Below are positions 42,794 through 57,692 of a DNA stretch of 64,000 bases, in pieces (position 1 is the first letter of the stretch; each line of letters begins with the position of its first letter). The DNA is from Eledone cirrhosa (taxonomy: Eukaryota): assembly GCA_964016885.1 (NCBI GenBank), contig OZ024745.1:54436001-54500000 (forward strand). The letters run 5' to 3'. The notes under the pieces are model-generated. The model was not told where the DNA came from. It saw only the letters and a program-made list of their open reading frames with translations, and ran no database searches. Made by a program: the position numbers and the translations under genes.

Positions 42794-42849
42794 CATCATC
42801 ATCATCATCATTATCTTCATCATCATTATTATCATTATTAATCTATTAC

Positions 42850-45120
42850 TAAAAGAAAGTTTTTAGAGAGGAAACAATATCATGATTAATAACAAAAATA
42901 ATTGAAAAAGCAAACCTTGTCGTCACAGACATAAGGCAATCGAAAACCAACATAAACAGGTTCAGGCTAAATAGAAGAATATATGAAGCAGTCATTCTAG
43001 GGAGAAAGGAAAGTAAGAACTCCACCAGATATACACATATAGGAATACCGAAACATAAGCAAACACCAGGAATGACCAGTATACAACAACATAGAAGAAA
43101 AAACAGAAGTACTTCGTCTAACATTTATTGAAATCAATGAAGATACGACACAACCAATAAATATAATGAGTAAATGACAAATATGTAAGAAGACAATAAA
43201 GGAAATTATAAAATCAAACCCAGTTTCCATTAAAGGGAGAATATTTCAAGAATATAACTCCTGGGTTCACTTCATTTCTTTCTGGTGCTTGTACCTTTAA
43301 ACAGAATGTAAAACATGACTGGAATCATAGGACAATCAACCATTTTTTTTTTGTATATGAACGATTGCAAGTTGTACATTGCAGATAATAATCAATTAGT
43401 AGCTCTGTTGAAGATATTAGACACTTTGACTAGAGAAAAGAGATTTACAGCAATAAGAGAATTACATTAAAAAAACACACTTACAAATAGGAATCAATGT
43501 GATAGACAGAGAACAACACAAAACCTAATGAAATGGAATATTATAAATGTATTAGATTAATAAGTAAAATGTAGCTAAATGCGAAAAATATGGTAATAGG
43601 CATCAATGCTTTAGCTGTATCTGTAATAAGATATAGCTAAAATATTCTTAATTTGACGCTACACCAACCATCAATACTAGACAGAAAAAATAACAATAGC
43701 TACATTTAGAAAACACAAAAGAAATTCTGACATAAAATACTTACATTTACCACCACTACTGGGGGAAAGGGGCTTTATACAGCTAGGAAGCTATTATGAA
43801 ATACCCAGGTATGACTACGATAATTTCTATAAAACAAATAATGGTAGACGGTCACAAATTGTTACACAGAACGAACCAAAAAAAAAAACCCCCCAAAACA
43901 CAACAACTGTTTACTAATTTTAATGAAACACACGAATATATGAGAAGCTAAAATGACAAAACCTTCTGAAGAGAAAATGAAATAAACAACAAGCATTACT
44001 TAGAAAATAAACAACACTTACAGCGAACCTAAAAGTGCAATGGTAAGGAATACGATTGAATGACCAATACCTGACGAACTTGGATACGGTGGAAATGAAC
44101 ACATTTGCAACACTGGTTGTGAACAGTGCTCACGTACGGCTGAGCTGAAGTTATGTAACAACAAAACACTAATTATTATAAATAAACATGTTTGTCTCTG
44201 GTTCAGACAAAGCGAAAGTGTATTTGAATTCATATAAAAATTAGAAAACTCATCGCTAGGACAGCTGTTAAAACAGCTAAATACTGTCAAAGACAACGAT
44301 GGCCGAAAATGTTTCATAGGCCATAGATCAGCGGCCAGTGGTCGGCAGAGAGATAATTACGAGATGCAGGACAGGCATAAGAAATATAGAAAAGATTGAA
44401 GGAGGAGGAGTATAAGGAGAAGTGTGTTGGCGCCCAGAAATGACCGGACGAAGGAAATTGTGCGAAATCATTTTGAGTGCTGATGAGAGTAAAGATGTGT
44501 GTTTGTGTGAAATTGTCTTGTACATAACCTTTCCTTTTCCTTCTTCCGGGTATTTCTGTGCGTCAACACACTTCTTGTACTCCTCTTTTCTATATTTTAT
44601 CTGCCAGTCACCCACCTCGTGAAATGTCTCTCTGCTGACCAATGACCACTGACCTCAGGCAAAATTTTCCATAGCTGTCATTGAGAAAATCTGGCTGTTT
44701 TCACAGCTGTTCTGGCGATGAGTTTTCTCATTTGTATATGAAAACTAATTATTATATTAGTTCTAGAAGATTCAGAAATGGAAACAAAAAGAAAATCTCT
44801 GTACGACTTGAACTCGGGAAAATAAATCATAATCAAGAATTCTTAATAAATCAAATAAAAAGTCAGACATATTATCCACAGTCTCTAAATCCAACAACAC
44901 AAGAGACTAGATACAATCAACTAAACAATAACGACAGCAGTTATAATAATAAAAGAAAATAAATACTTGTAAACTTTAGCTTCAGCAACAATAATTGTTG
45001 CCAAGAAAACCGACGGCTAAACTCTCCAGCTGATTAAGGGAGGCTATAAGTAAGCTTAGGTAAATATTAGAAACATACGAGGCGTGAAATTAGTTGATGA
45101 TGTCAGTTAATATATTGAAA
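42850..45120 (+). pseudogene. Old degenerate R4/Dong-like element interrupted by a MITE
   Basis: INALAVSVIRYS at ~43602 and a GxRGL-like motif at ~43762; many stops. Confidence 0.55.
44229..44742. mobile_element. MITE-like element with ~140-bp imperfect terminal inverted repeats
   Basis: TTCATATAAAAATTAGAAAACTCATCGC..ACAGCTGT..GGTCGGCAGAGAGA versus TCTCTCTGCTGACC..ACAGCTGT..GCGATGAGTTTTCTCATTTGTATATGAA. Confidence 0.7.
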
Positions 45121-45610
45121 GCATTGTGAAATTCTAGTCAGTGACATTTCAATAAAGTAAACGTATCAGACGGGTTAGTCAAACACAAACATTCATGTAT
45201 GTATATACAAACACGTAAGCACAGATAACCATAATTCCAAACATAGATACATACATACACATGTATATATATATATATATATATATATATGCATGCGCAC
45301 ACATTCACGCACACACACACACATACACACACACACGCACACACACACACATATATATATATATAAAGTGTGGAATAAGCTGCTGAAATGGCAAGAGCCG
45401 CTGGGTTCCAACACTTTAGCAGTCTTGAAGGATCGAAGATCGTGAAACTCAAATTATTGCCTAAACTTCAGTTTAATAAATATATTAGTGGACTACGCAG
45501 CAGGGTTTTACAAACTGAAATAGACACACAAGCACGCAAATACACAGACACACACACATATATATAGAATAGAATTAGAAGTTAGCTTCGAACATAGCTG
45601 TATACAAATA

Positions 45611-46064
45611 TGTATTTGAATTTCGTATTTCTAAAGAAATACGGCAGGTTTATAAATAAACATTTAGAAAGCCATAGCTATGTAAAATACTGGCAGCTAA
45701 CGCCACCAGGCGGTGCTCGGCAGAGGGCAAGGGGACAATCGTCGATGCATTTCGAATTGAATTGGTTCTCGTCAAGACGATCTCTCCCGCTCTTGCAACT
45801 GCTGGACTTTGAAAACAGGCGAAATTATATAGTTTTTCGTTCATGTAAATGAGGTGATTAATCTCATTTGCTTATGAAGCTGTATAAGTGGGCTCAACGT
45901 AATATAAAATATAATTAGAGTTTAGGTTGGTAGCGTTAGCTGCCAGTGCTTTTCATAGCTTTCTAAATGTTTATTTATAAACATACCGTATGTTTATTTA
46001 TAAACATACCGTATGTTTATTTATAAACATACCTTATTTCTTTATAAATACGAAATTCAAATAT
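45611..46064. mobile_element. MITE-like element with ~95-bp TIRs and a 23-bp triplication in the right TIR
   Basis: TATTTGAATTTCGTATTT..CTGGCAGCTAACGC versus GCGTTAGCTGCCAG..AAATACGAAATTCAAATA; ATGTTTATTTATAAACATACCGT occurs about 3 times. Confidence 0.75.
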
Positions 46065-46240
46065 ATATATATATCAAAAGAAAAAATAACAGTCAAGTAC
46101 TAACTACTTCATTGTACTAACTTTGAGAAGGTAACGGTAATTTGCTATCTTCTTCCCTGCTTAACTTTCCCTCCTTCACAGCGTTGACAAGCAGGTGAGC
46201 GGTCAACAACTGCTATCTTTAGCCATTTATTGGAAGCTTG

Positions 46241-46271
<31 letters not shown>

Positions 46272-46296
46272 ATATATATATATATCTATCTATCTA

Positions 46297-46715
46297 TGTT
46301 GGACGAGATTGAGAGGACTGAGGACAGATGCCTTTCTTTCCGGACAACAATTGATTCCCTTCTTTAAGTATCACTTTAGAAGAAGAATCAGAGTGGAGAG
46401 AGAGGCACTGCACCCCAGTAAATTTACTGAAAGGGGGGTGAATGAAGCAAAAATGGCTCGAGTGATTGGGCCTTCTCTGTTTATAAGCCTGTAGGTTAAA
46501 GAAGGGAGCACTTGCACAACACGCTCCTGAAGTTGAGGGTTGTTCTATCGACGGGGTATTAAACAAGCCATTTGTAGCGTCTTCCCCCTATTGGGGATTT
46601 CGATTGTTATAAGTGTTTGTTTTATATTTTGTTTACACGATTGTATGTAAAATCCCCGGCATGTGTCTTTGTATTGTCCCTTTTCTTGTCCGGCCTTGTG
46701 ACAAATAAAGAAATA
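46297..46715 (+). mobile_element. 3' fragment of a related Tx1/L1 family flanked by (ATCT)n
   Basis: WTRLRGLRT..FFKYHFRRRIRVEREAL..ARVIGPSLFISL is homologous to the ORF2 end at 42300-42497. Confidence 0.85.
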
Positions 46716-46765
<50 letters not shown>

Positions 46766-47116
46766 GTCGATCTATGTAACTATCTATCTATCTGTCCATC
46801 TCTTTCACCCCCCCTCTCCCTCTCTATCTATCAATCTCTTTATCCATCTATCTATCTATCATAACTACTTACTTACGTATTGCCTAGGTAATAGTGCCAT
46901 TCAAGATGAGTATTTTAATGTTGCCCAATATAAAAATCTACATATCTTTATAGGAACAAACGACTGCCAGCTACACGGTTGCACACTCGGCTGGTGTGAC
47001 AATGACTTCAATTGTTTACAAATGACACACAAAGCACTATTTCAAAACTGGTTCACTTCTATGTATCAAGCTTATGATTATTACACACACACACTCACTC
47101 AAAACCATATATATAA

Positions 47117-47168
47117 GACTCTCCTGATGATGTCTTACGAATGAAACAGTTCTATTACTGTAGAAGTC
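47117..47168 (+). ncRNA. Type I hammerhead ribozyme (decayed), related to the 58807 copy
   Basis: GACTCTC-CTGATGA-TGTCTTACGAAT-GAAA-CAGT-TCTATT-ACTG-TA-GAAGTC; the downstream GTACCTT..ACTGTGGT.ACCTC tail is shared with 58895-58925. Confidence 0.7.
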
Positions 47169-47306
47169 ATTTCTATAATAAAATGAATAAGCCTATACTT
47201 TACTAACATATTACTAACAAGTACCTTTTGTAACTGTGGTCACCTCACGATATACATTGGAAATCCATATCTCTCTCTCACTCTCTCTCTCCCTCTCTCT
47301 ATCTCA

Positions 47307-47371
<65 letters not shown>

Positions 47372-48114
47372 CATACTCCCTCACATATGTAGAGGTCGCA
47401 AAAATATCATTTATAGAAACCTCTTCCACTTTCTTCCTCATTGTCTGCTGGAAGTTTAGATTGTGTTTTTGATAATTGTCACCTTCTTCTTAGTTTATCT
47501 TTTAAATCCTCTTCGGTTTGACTTTCTTACTCATTTATATTACTTCCTATCAATATATCTTGCTCTTTTCCAACGTAACGCACTCTCATTCATACCTCTA
47601 TTTAATATGTATATGCCTGACTAGATTCTGTGTGTATGTTTTCATATATGAGACAATGCAATTTATTTTTGTCTTGGTGGCTCACGTTTTTGTCCATTTA
47701 TAGCTGCAAATGATTTTTTCTTTGTATTGATTTATATGAGAGATAACATTGTTTTGAGAATTTCAATCCAAGAAATGTACAGTAAGTTATTTTAGTCAAA
47801 TGACCATGTGTTTAAGAATTCATAAATCAAAACATTGTTACAGTTTCAGCTACGTTGATGGAACATACAGAATATATTATGGAGATAATAGTCGCACACA
47901 ATCACACAGACACACAAACCGGCCCCCATAACACACACACACATACACACATATATATATATGTATATATATATATGTGTGTGTATATATATATATAGAT
48001 ATGTATAGTAGTAACAAAACAGTTAGTACACCACTGTTATGTTACTACTTCTACCAAACTCGTCCGATGGACAAAGTGCTCTGCGGATATTACCCTCTAG
48101 TGTTCTACCCCCCC

Positions 48115-48168
<54 letters not shown>

Positions 48169-48170
<2 letters not shown>

Positions 48171-48361
48171 CGAAGGAAATGTGGTAAGGAACCAGGTGGA
48201 CCATAACGCACCAAAGTACTCAATACTTAGGGTAGTAGAGTGGGCAATAGGAACAAGTAAGACCCCGACGGCTGAGCTCAAGCCGTTTCACGGCTAATTC
48301 TGGACTGAATTAGCCGTCGAAACGGCTTGAGCTCAGCCGTCGGGGTCTTACTTATTCCTAT
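48169..48361 (-). mobile_element. Family HP copy 3 (subfamily A)
   Basis: Tail plus palindrome 48248-48361 with loop TGGACT; (TA)n flanks. Confidence 0.87.
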
Positions 48362-48531
48362 ATATATATATATGTATACATAATATAAAACGAAAAATCA
48401 GTGATGCATCTGAACTCAATTTATTGTGTGTTACAATTGTTTCGCCGGCGGACAGTCGAGACGCGATCATTGTGTGGATCTGTCTGATTCTGGACCCGCA
48501 GGTTCGACGGACACGTCTAATGATTTCGGAG

Positions 48532-48633
<102 letters not shown>

Positions 48634-48839
48634 ATATATATATATATATATGAAAACAGGGAGAAAGAGACGATTATTAGGAAGAAAAATATATTTTTTT
48701 TCTTTTTTGTTTCGCTCTCTCTTTTTTCTGGGTTAGAAAATGATTAAAACGAAATGTTTTACTTTGTGTGAATGTTAAGGTATTAGTTTATTTATTTATT
48801 ATTTAACAATGGCATTTATTTATCTATTTATATATTTAA

Positions 48840-49869
48840 TAGTTGTCTATTACCGGTTTCAGCATTTTTATGCATTATCAAATGATAGTGAAATGTGGTG
48901 TCGTACATGTTAAACAGAAGGTGCAGAAAGAATAATTTTATTTACAAACAAGGTTTATGAAGTGAAAAAAAAAAAAAAAAAAAATAAAATAAATAAATAA
49001 ATAAAAAAACTAAAAAAAAACGGGCGTAATGTAGAGCATAAAAAGTCAATGTGGAAGAAAAAATAATGTTATTTACAGGCATAGTTCTTGAAGTTAAGCA
49101 GATCAAAATGTGCTAATATAGCAAGCGTTCTTAGTTGATCCCTGATTCCCTGATGGAGGCAAATGGTGGACTGAGGTCTGATATGATTTCCCTTTTTAGA
49201 GAGTTAATATGCAGGGGGAAGCAATTCGTGCTGGATGATATTTAATTTATTTAAGAAAAAGGATTAGGTAGGGTGTGAGGGAGGTAACTCTTGTAAATGT
49301 TTGATTGTTTGTTGCTGTTTTAGTTTGGTCCGATTTTTAGAGCATTAAGTAGAGGCTGGAATTTGTTAATGAAATATGTTTCCTTGTTGGTACGTTGGAT
49401 GAAAGTAGCGTTGTCTATGAATTTGTAAATGGGGAAAATGTTAAAGTTTGGATGTTGGTTGTGTGCACAATTGGCGATATGTTCACTAAATGAAATCTTT
49501 CTGTATTCCTGTATTTTAATTTTGAGTTATGGACGGTCACACGTTGACGGAAGGTGTTTTTTGTCTCTCCTATGTAGTGCTCATGACAACCTGAGCAGGT
49601 CAAAACATAGATTAGGTTTTCAGATGCACATGTAAAGTTGTGTTTAACTGTGAAACGCTGTCCTTGTTTAAAATGGAATGTTGAACGTCTATTAGATTTA
49701 TGCATATGCCACAGTTGGGCCTTCCGCATTTTGTTACTGTAGGGTTCATTGTGAGGGTTTGTTGGATTTTGGCTTGTGTGAGGATGTTTTTTATGGATTT
49801 AGGTTGTCCTTTGCTCTTTATGATGTTGTGTGTTTGGAGGATTTTGTTCATTCTTGGGTCTATTTTTAG

Positions 49870-49872
<3 letters not shown>
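48840..49872 (-). pseudogene. Penelope-like element 3' part: GIY-YIG endonuclease, Cys-rich linker, 3' UTR with a decayed hammerhead
   Basis: KCGRPNCGIC linker; NFTCASENLIYVLTCSGCHEHYIGETKNTFRQRVTVH; minus-strand TTGATAA-TGCA..TGC-T-GAAAC-CG-GTA-ATAG at ~48846-48888. Confidence 0.85.
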
Positions 49873-49901
<29 letters not shown>

Positions 49902-50353
49902 CGGGATAACATGTTATCGTTATATGCAGTCAACTTAGATGTAGTCCAGTTAGAGTACTCCGTGTAGTGGATGGTGTTAACGTATGGCTTAGTTTGACAC
50001 AACAAGACGTTTTCATAGTGATGCTGCGAGTTCGCGGTGATTTCTGTGTAGGTTATACTTGGAGTAATAATAATTCAAGAAAGAAGTGTGACATGGTTGG
50101 CTATAAAATAAGGGCTTTATTCTCATTGCTGAAAATTGTTTCTTTGATCTGGTTTAACACCACTCCTCTATAAAAGCCATGCCTTGAGTATTTTCCTCAC
50201 TTCCGCACGCTCTGATGAAACGACTGGTTATAAGTAAATGATTGGAGTTCGATTGACACAACATCAAGCGATTAGCGAACTCTAGACCTACCAGATCAAA
50301 GAAACAATTGTCAGCAATGTGAATAAAGCCCTTATTGTGACTCTTCTTTCTTG

Positions 50354-50740
<387 letters not shown>

Positions 50741-50749
50741 ATATCCATG

Positions 50750-50846
<97 letters not shown>

Positions 50847-50897
50847 GTGTGTGTATATATATATATATATGTGTATATATATATATGTATATATATG

Positions 50898-50938
<41 letters not shown>

Positions 50939-51528
50939 TATATGTGTGTATATATATATATGTATATATATGTATATATCATATATATATGTATATATAT
51001 ATACATATATATGTATATCCTCATATGTTTGTTTATATCGGTGCGTATCAGTGTGTTGACATACATCACTTTACGTCAAAACTGAGAATTTAGTCATTCA
51101 GTATATATAGATAGATAAAAACAATTATCAGACTGAAATAAGTACTGTGGTCGACATGATTGCAGTCTACTGACTGAAACTATTAAACAGATTAAAGAAT
51201 ATTCTTAGTCTCTTTTATTTATTGATAATTCATCGGAATGAATATGGATTCCGTCTCGACGGAAGTTAAATGCGTAACGGCAAAACCATCAAATATTTTC
51301 TCTGTTATTCCAAATGGCTACCAACTTATCTCTATCATAAACATTGCCACTACTCAAGTCATCCAATATCATTATGAAGAACAGATAGCCAGGGCTAATA
51401 TTTTATTCTGTATGTGCGATGAGACACGTTTAGCGAAAAGTGTTATGTTACATGTTCATGCACGGACACGTAAAAGGCTATTGTTACCTTAGTTTTCTCT
51501 TTGGATCACTCCAATACATACTCACACG

Positions 51529-51609
<81 letters not shown>

Positions 51610-51683
51610 TGTCTGTTGTCACAGCGTGATAATGCTGCAATGTATGCGGATGGTTGCACAATCACACATAAACGCTATCACGT

Positions 51684-51723
<40 letters not shown>

Positions 51724-52805
51724 CGTTCGCTCGCTCCCGTTCACATACGCACACACATATATATCTATATTCCTCTTTGTGTATGTGTGTGCATATGTGT
51801 GTGTGTGTATCTGGGCATTCGTACTTACATATGATGCTCCTCTCATTGTGACACCAATCAATACATGACAGGCATATTTGAATGAGCTTAGATATGCATG
51901 ATCTCACCAACAGAAACATAACACCATGGCGTTGTTTTGCTGTTGTCTAATATTACGACTACACACAAACAAACACACACACATACACACCACACACACA
52001 CATAAGTAGACACATAACTAGGTAATTGTATTTTGTGTGGTGTGCTTTGGCTAGTTTAGGCTTGTATTATATTATATTATATTAATATATTTTTAAGTAT
52101 TGTCTTTGTTATTTGCCTTAATTTCCTTTCATGTGTTTAATAAAAATCAAATCCATTTTTTTCTGACTATGGTCAGCAGAAAAGATGAGCCATTTCCCGA
52201 ATTGGTTGTATGTAGTTAGCATTGATAAACCTGAACATTGGTATTCGCTAACTGAAACAATTGTAAAACAATGTATCAATTGTTCCCTCATTTTGTTTTT
52301 CTAATTCATTGTTTAATATTATATATACTAACTGGCTCCGTGTAGACAAAATTGGCGGCTAATTGTAATATCTATGCATAATATAAAAAAGAGATATTTG
52401 TTTGTTGGTTTATTGGTTTCTTCGTGCTCACACACACAAGTGATTCAAACATACAGTTGTGACGAATCTTATAACCCTGAATTACGATAGTTTCTCACCA
52501 CCTACTCCTTCCTCAGTCATCACATAGATGTGTGTGTATGTAATACTATTTTTTTTTCTAAGTGTGTCTGCTTATATATTCGTATATGTAGATGCGTGTG
52601 TGTTTGTAATTCTATTGTCTATGTATCTTTCAAAATAAACAGACACAAACACATAGACACTCACAAAAAGACACAGATACACATATATATATTAATAATT
52701 AACGATGCTGCGATCGAATGTCGCTTTTTAGGCCACCCAATAATCTATATATATATATTAAGCAATTAATTAGAAATAGAATATATATATATATATAGAT
52801 ATATA

Positions 52806-52992
52806 GTAATAATTGTTTCTACTTTTGGCACAAGGCCAGCAATTACCCAGTGTATTACTGGTACTTTATTTTATCGACCCCGTAAGGATGAAAGGCAAAG
52901 TTAACCTCGGCGGGATTTGAACTCAGAATGGCAAGGGCCGTAACTCTATGCGTCAAAGCATGGCGCCCGACCCTGTACCGATACTGCCAAAA
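52806..52992 (-). mobile_element. Family-1 SINE
   Basis: A-box-like TGGCAGTATCGG and B box GAGTTCAAATCC on the minus strand, plus the conserved body. Confidence 0.87.
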
Positions 52993-55900
52993 TAATAAAT
53001 GTGAAGACTAAAATCCAAAGAGGGCTAGATAAAGATAAATATATATCAAATATATAAGAACCCTAGAGCAAATATTTATTAAAATAACAGATTAAAGTTT
53101 AACCAAAGAATCGCTGCTTTCACCCTTAACGGTATGTGTGTGTGTGTGTGTGTGCGTGTGTGCGTGCGTGTGTGTGTTTGCATATAAGATTGAGAAACGT
53201 TGTTGGCATTCAATAAACAATCTTATCGAATTTAGATACTCTGACGAAATTTGATACATAAGGTCTATTTTTCGTGAATACACCTGTGAATAAAAGTATC
53301 ATTGCATATGTTTGCTCGAATAAGGGCTCAGTTGTGCCAATCAATAGTTCACTTACTTTATAGTTTTCGGTAAGGCACAGAAATTGATTTTCACTGTAAA
53401 GCAAAATACTATAATAAAAATAGACCCACCACTCGAATAAAAAATGAGAAAAATAACCCTTTATCAATGAAAGTACGTTGCATTGCTGATCAGTTCGGAA
53501 TTACGTTCACTCACTTCAAAGAAAGGCACTGATGCCAAAGAAAAATTCCGATATCTCTTTTTACGTAAGCAAAATTGTTCATGCTGCTTTCAAGTGTGTT
53601 GGATCGTATACCATTCTTTATCACACTAGACAGAAAGAGAACCGAATATTCAATTTTAAACATGCGTATTAACTGCAAAGAAAAAAAATGCCATTAGTGT
53701 TTGAAGATGAAATGCATTTGTGAACCTGTTCGGAATCGAATCCATTTAAATAGACTAGGCATTTCCTGATCATACGGTCGGCCATTCATAAGTTTTGTGA
53801 TTGATTTCTTTGTACGTGAATATTTATAATGCTGAATGGTATTTTCTCAGGTTTATAGAGATGTCCTTATCATTTGTTATTAAGTGAAATGTTGTGGGTA
53901 AATTCTTTTTGCTTTGCTCAATCATACATATGAAAACATTAAAGGATTCTTTTATGTAAAATATTTACGTGTGGGCATTCTGAGAGCCCAGGTTTATGTC
54001 ATGTAAGGTCAAAAACTATGTCTGAAGTCGAATGTTTGATATTTCTACCACTTGAACCCTTTGACTGTGGAAACGACCAAGTATCTGCATTAAAGCTTAA
54101 ATGAATACCATAACTTTGCATTCAGTTGCCTGCACTTCTAAATTTCTTTGAAACAGAAGAGAATATATGGTAATGATACTCGGGAAATTAGGCATTTATA
54201 TGCATGAAATTGATTTTGGAAATTTAGACTGCTCACTTGAACGCAAACGGAATGTTTTGCGGAGGAAAATGTCGGTTCTCCCCAAATTCATTTTATCTCA
54301 CCATTTGAAGAGTCACAATGATAGTATATGTTCAAAACGTATATATGATGACTAACGATTTTTAGAACTTCACATGCTAAAGTCATTAACCAAATTATTG
54401 TAGAAAGCAAATTAATTTTCATTAATTAAAAGTATACCTATTGCGAGGTGAAAGAATTATGAACTTAGATATCCGTTTTGACCAAGAATTAGAAATTCAT
54501 TAAAATTATTTAAATGTAAACTGTGGGTAACATTACAGTGTGAGTCTTATCTGGGCACTACGGTGAGACAACTGGGTATCCTTCGCTATTATTATGCATA
54601 CACAGCAAAACCAACTATACTTAGCATCTATCATGGCTGAAAACCTTACAAGAATGTTTAGATTATGTTAGGCCGTTTTTATCGCCATGCAATGATACCA
54701 TATTTGTTGCCTATTGTTAACCCAATGTACGTAAACTGGAGAACTAAGCTATCAGAAATGGACTCGTTTATTGAATCAATTTCGTATTTCAGGCACTGAA
54801 AACAAAATCAGTTTGGGCAGTTTCTGCGTTCCAAATTTCACTCAGAAAGAATTGGTTGAAAGGGGGCAATAGTAGAACTCATTTCCTGAAAGTGTGGAGC
54901 ATTGAGATCGAATCCCAAACCATGATACTTCTAACGCAGCAATGTCACCATTTGTGTAAAGTGAAGACTGTACGTGGTATCTATAAATATATAATAGCAC
55001 TTCCTGAACTATCTGCCTGATAACTTATTTGTATGTTTTGTAGTGATAAACAGCATCGTATTTTTATACTGCTAATTTTTTACACCTCATGAAGAAGAAG
55101 AGCCATCTGAATTGTCTTGTGGTTTAACGGAGATCGTTTACATAGTCTCTTCTGATTTATATATAGCAACCGTATATATCTCAAGTATGGACGATGCAAC
55201 CATTCGTTGATGTACCCTAAAGTATTCATTACAATCACTACCACCTTAGTCACTCTTTTTAACCATTGTCAGTACTGTGCAACCACTGGGTTTCATTGTC
55301 TCAATACTATCTTCGCTTTAATGATTGAGTCTTGTATAGACTCACGGAATTTTCTCAACAAGGCTCCTTTTTACTCACATGGAGCCTCAGTCTTTCTTCT
55401 GACATCATGAAGTGTATGTATTGCTTAATATGAAAACAGAATTGTAATTCTTTTGACTATAGTAGAATTGCTTGTTAACTAGTATTAAACTAATGGCTGT
55501 TAATACCATTCTATAAATTTTGACTGAAATGTTAATGTCATCGGAATTTAATACGAAACAATGGACACTATTCCTATCCATAACTAGAGAATTACTTCTC
55601 ATTTACCAGAAGTCACCGAATTGACTATTCCACCATATTGTAAGAAACCATCAATAACAAAGCACTCTGTCTATCATCCAATGGAAATCAGGTATATTCA
55701 GAAGGCGTGAACGCATCTTCATTCAGTTAAGGGAGTTTTCAGACGGTTAAACGTGCTTTGTGCATCTGTAAACCTTTTAGTAACGCAAATCTGTGTCTAA
55801 CGCAAATCTGTGTCAATCTGTTAATGCAAATGCAATAGAAACCTAGTTTATTTGAAACATACGGAAAAGAAATATAAGTTGAAAGTAGAAATTATTGTTT

Positions 55901-57630
55901 TGTTTTGCTTTACAACTGTTTTAGTTCTATTTCTAGCTTGGATTATCCTGGCGTTCTGAAAGAAATACTACCGAGTAGTTCGCTAGATTTGCAGCCTTTT
56001 ACCCACCAATGTTAATATGGACTTCCAAACATTTTGGGTCCATAAATTAAAGTACTAGTCAATTAATAATGAAGGTTTAATAGTCCTCTCCTAAATTTGA
56101 GTCATTGTACTTATGTACAATATCCATATTTCCTCCAAGCTTAATAGACAGTAAAAAGAGTTCGAACAGTTATTACAGTTATGATTTCATAGATCTTTAC
56201 AATAATTGTATACTTTCATTATGAATTTATGATTTTAACAGTAATAATTAGTAAATTTGCCTGTATCGTCAAACATTTGGTCAGTGTACATCAAGTAAAA
56301 AAATAACTAAACAGAACGTGCAATAGTGTCTAAATTAACAGATCTAAACTAATCTTTTTATATTAGATTACTGAGCTTTTTATGGCAAATAATTCTCCTA
56401 ATTTCTTTCTTGAATGTCAACGGAGGAACGTCGTTTTCAATTAGATGCATTTGAAGTGTTGAGCTTACATAGTATATGTTGCTTGTGTGGCATGGCTTTG
56501 AATCGTAATTGTAAAGCCTAGGAGATATGTCCATCGGTATCACGTTACCACGTAATATTAGGGGAAAAAAATCCCCAAAACAAAACAAAACAAATAACAT
56601 AAACATGAACACCGCAAAAGAAAAATAAATGAAAAAAACCCCCAATAAAATCACAGAACAAAAAAAAAATAACCCGCAGAAAATATTAAACCAATCATAG
56701 AATGGCTATCTCGTATATAGTTTATGAATTAGGAATCGACGGAAGACTGTCATGTACATGCAACGTTGTCACGTTCGTTGTTCACCACACACACACAAAC
56801 ACACATACAAACACACACAAACACACACAAACACACACACACACACACACACACACGCGCACACACACACACACATACACACACACACACATATATAAAT
56901 ACATAAAGTGTCACATTGCCATAGGTGCGCAATGCATCTTGTGTTAATATGTGTGTGCGTATGTGCGTATATATTGTGAGTGTATTGATATATTTAGCAG
57001 TCTGTATGTAATCTAGATGTTGAAAACATAAGTATAGAATTATTAAATCCTTACTGATAAACAACTACACACTTGTACATATACATAAAATTGATTGAGG
57101 TTATATGGAAACCCATACAATATGTAGCTTTTCAGAAAATGGTGAAACTTTAATAGAAATTATGGGTATTCTATGATAACTTCTGCCTACAAAAACATTC
57201 AACCCTGCCAACACAAATCGACACAGAAACTAGCACACTCACATATCTTTCAAATACGAACAGTTAGATATAGCAACCAAATCTTTCTCAGATCAAACGT
57301 TATCATCTTTAAAGAAAGTTTAACATATTAGTTGATGCATTAGTTGATGCATTAGTTGATGCATTAAAGCTTGTTGGGTTATGACCACAATGCTTTCCAT
57401 CACAGCTTATCTATTGTTAAATGCCGTAGCTGCAAAAATAGGGATGTCATCAAGAGGTTACCTTAGCAACTAGGGTCCAGGTTCTATTCTACTACATGTC
57501 ACACGGGAAAATTGTAATTCTGTACTCGAAAACTGTTTGGAAGACTGCACACAAACGCACGCACACATACAAACACACACACACACAAACGCACATACAT
57601 AAACACACATATATATATATATATATCATG

Positions 57631-57662
<32 letters not shown>

Positions 57663-57692
57663 CTGTATATATATACATATATATATATTATA

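Noticed and set aside
45702-45717. CTCF-like motif CCACCAGGCGGTGC
   Set aside because: It has two mismatches to the core consensus, lies inside a MITE, and has no other support.
53200-56400. Repeat-poor stretch as possible host exons
   Set aside because: Only short ORFs without recognisable domains; small exons cannot be excluded without RNA data.
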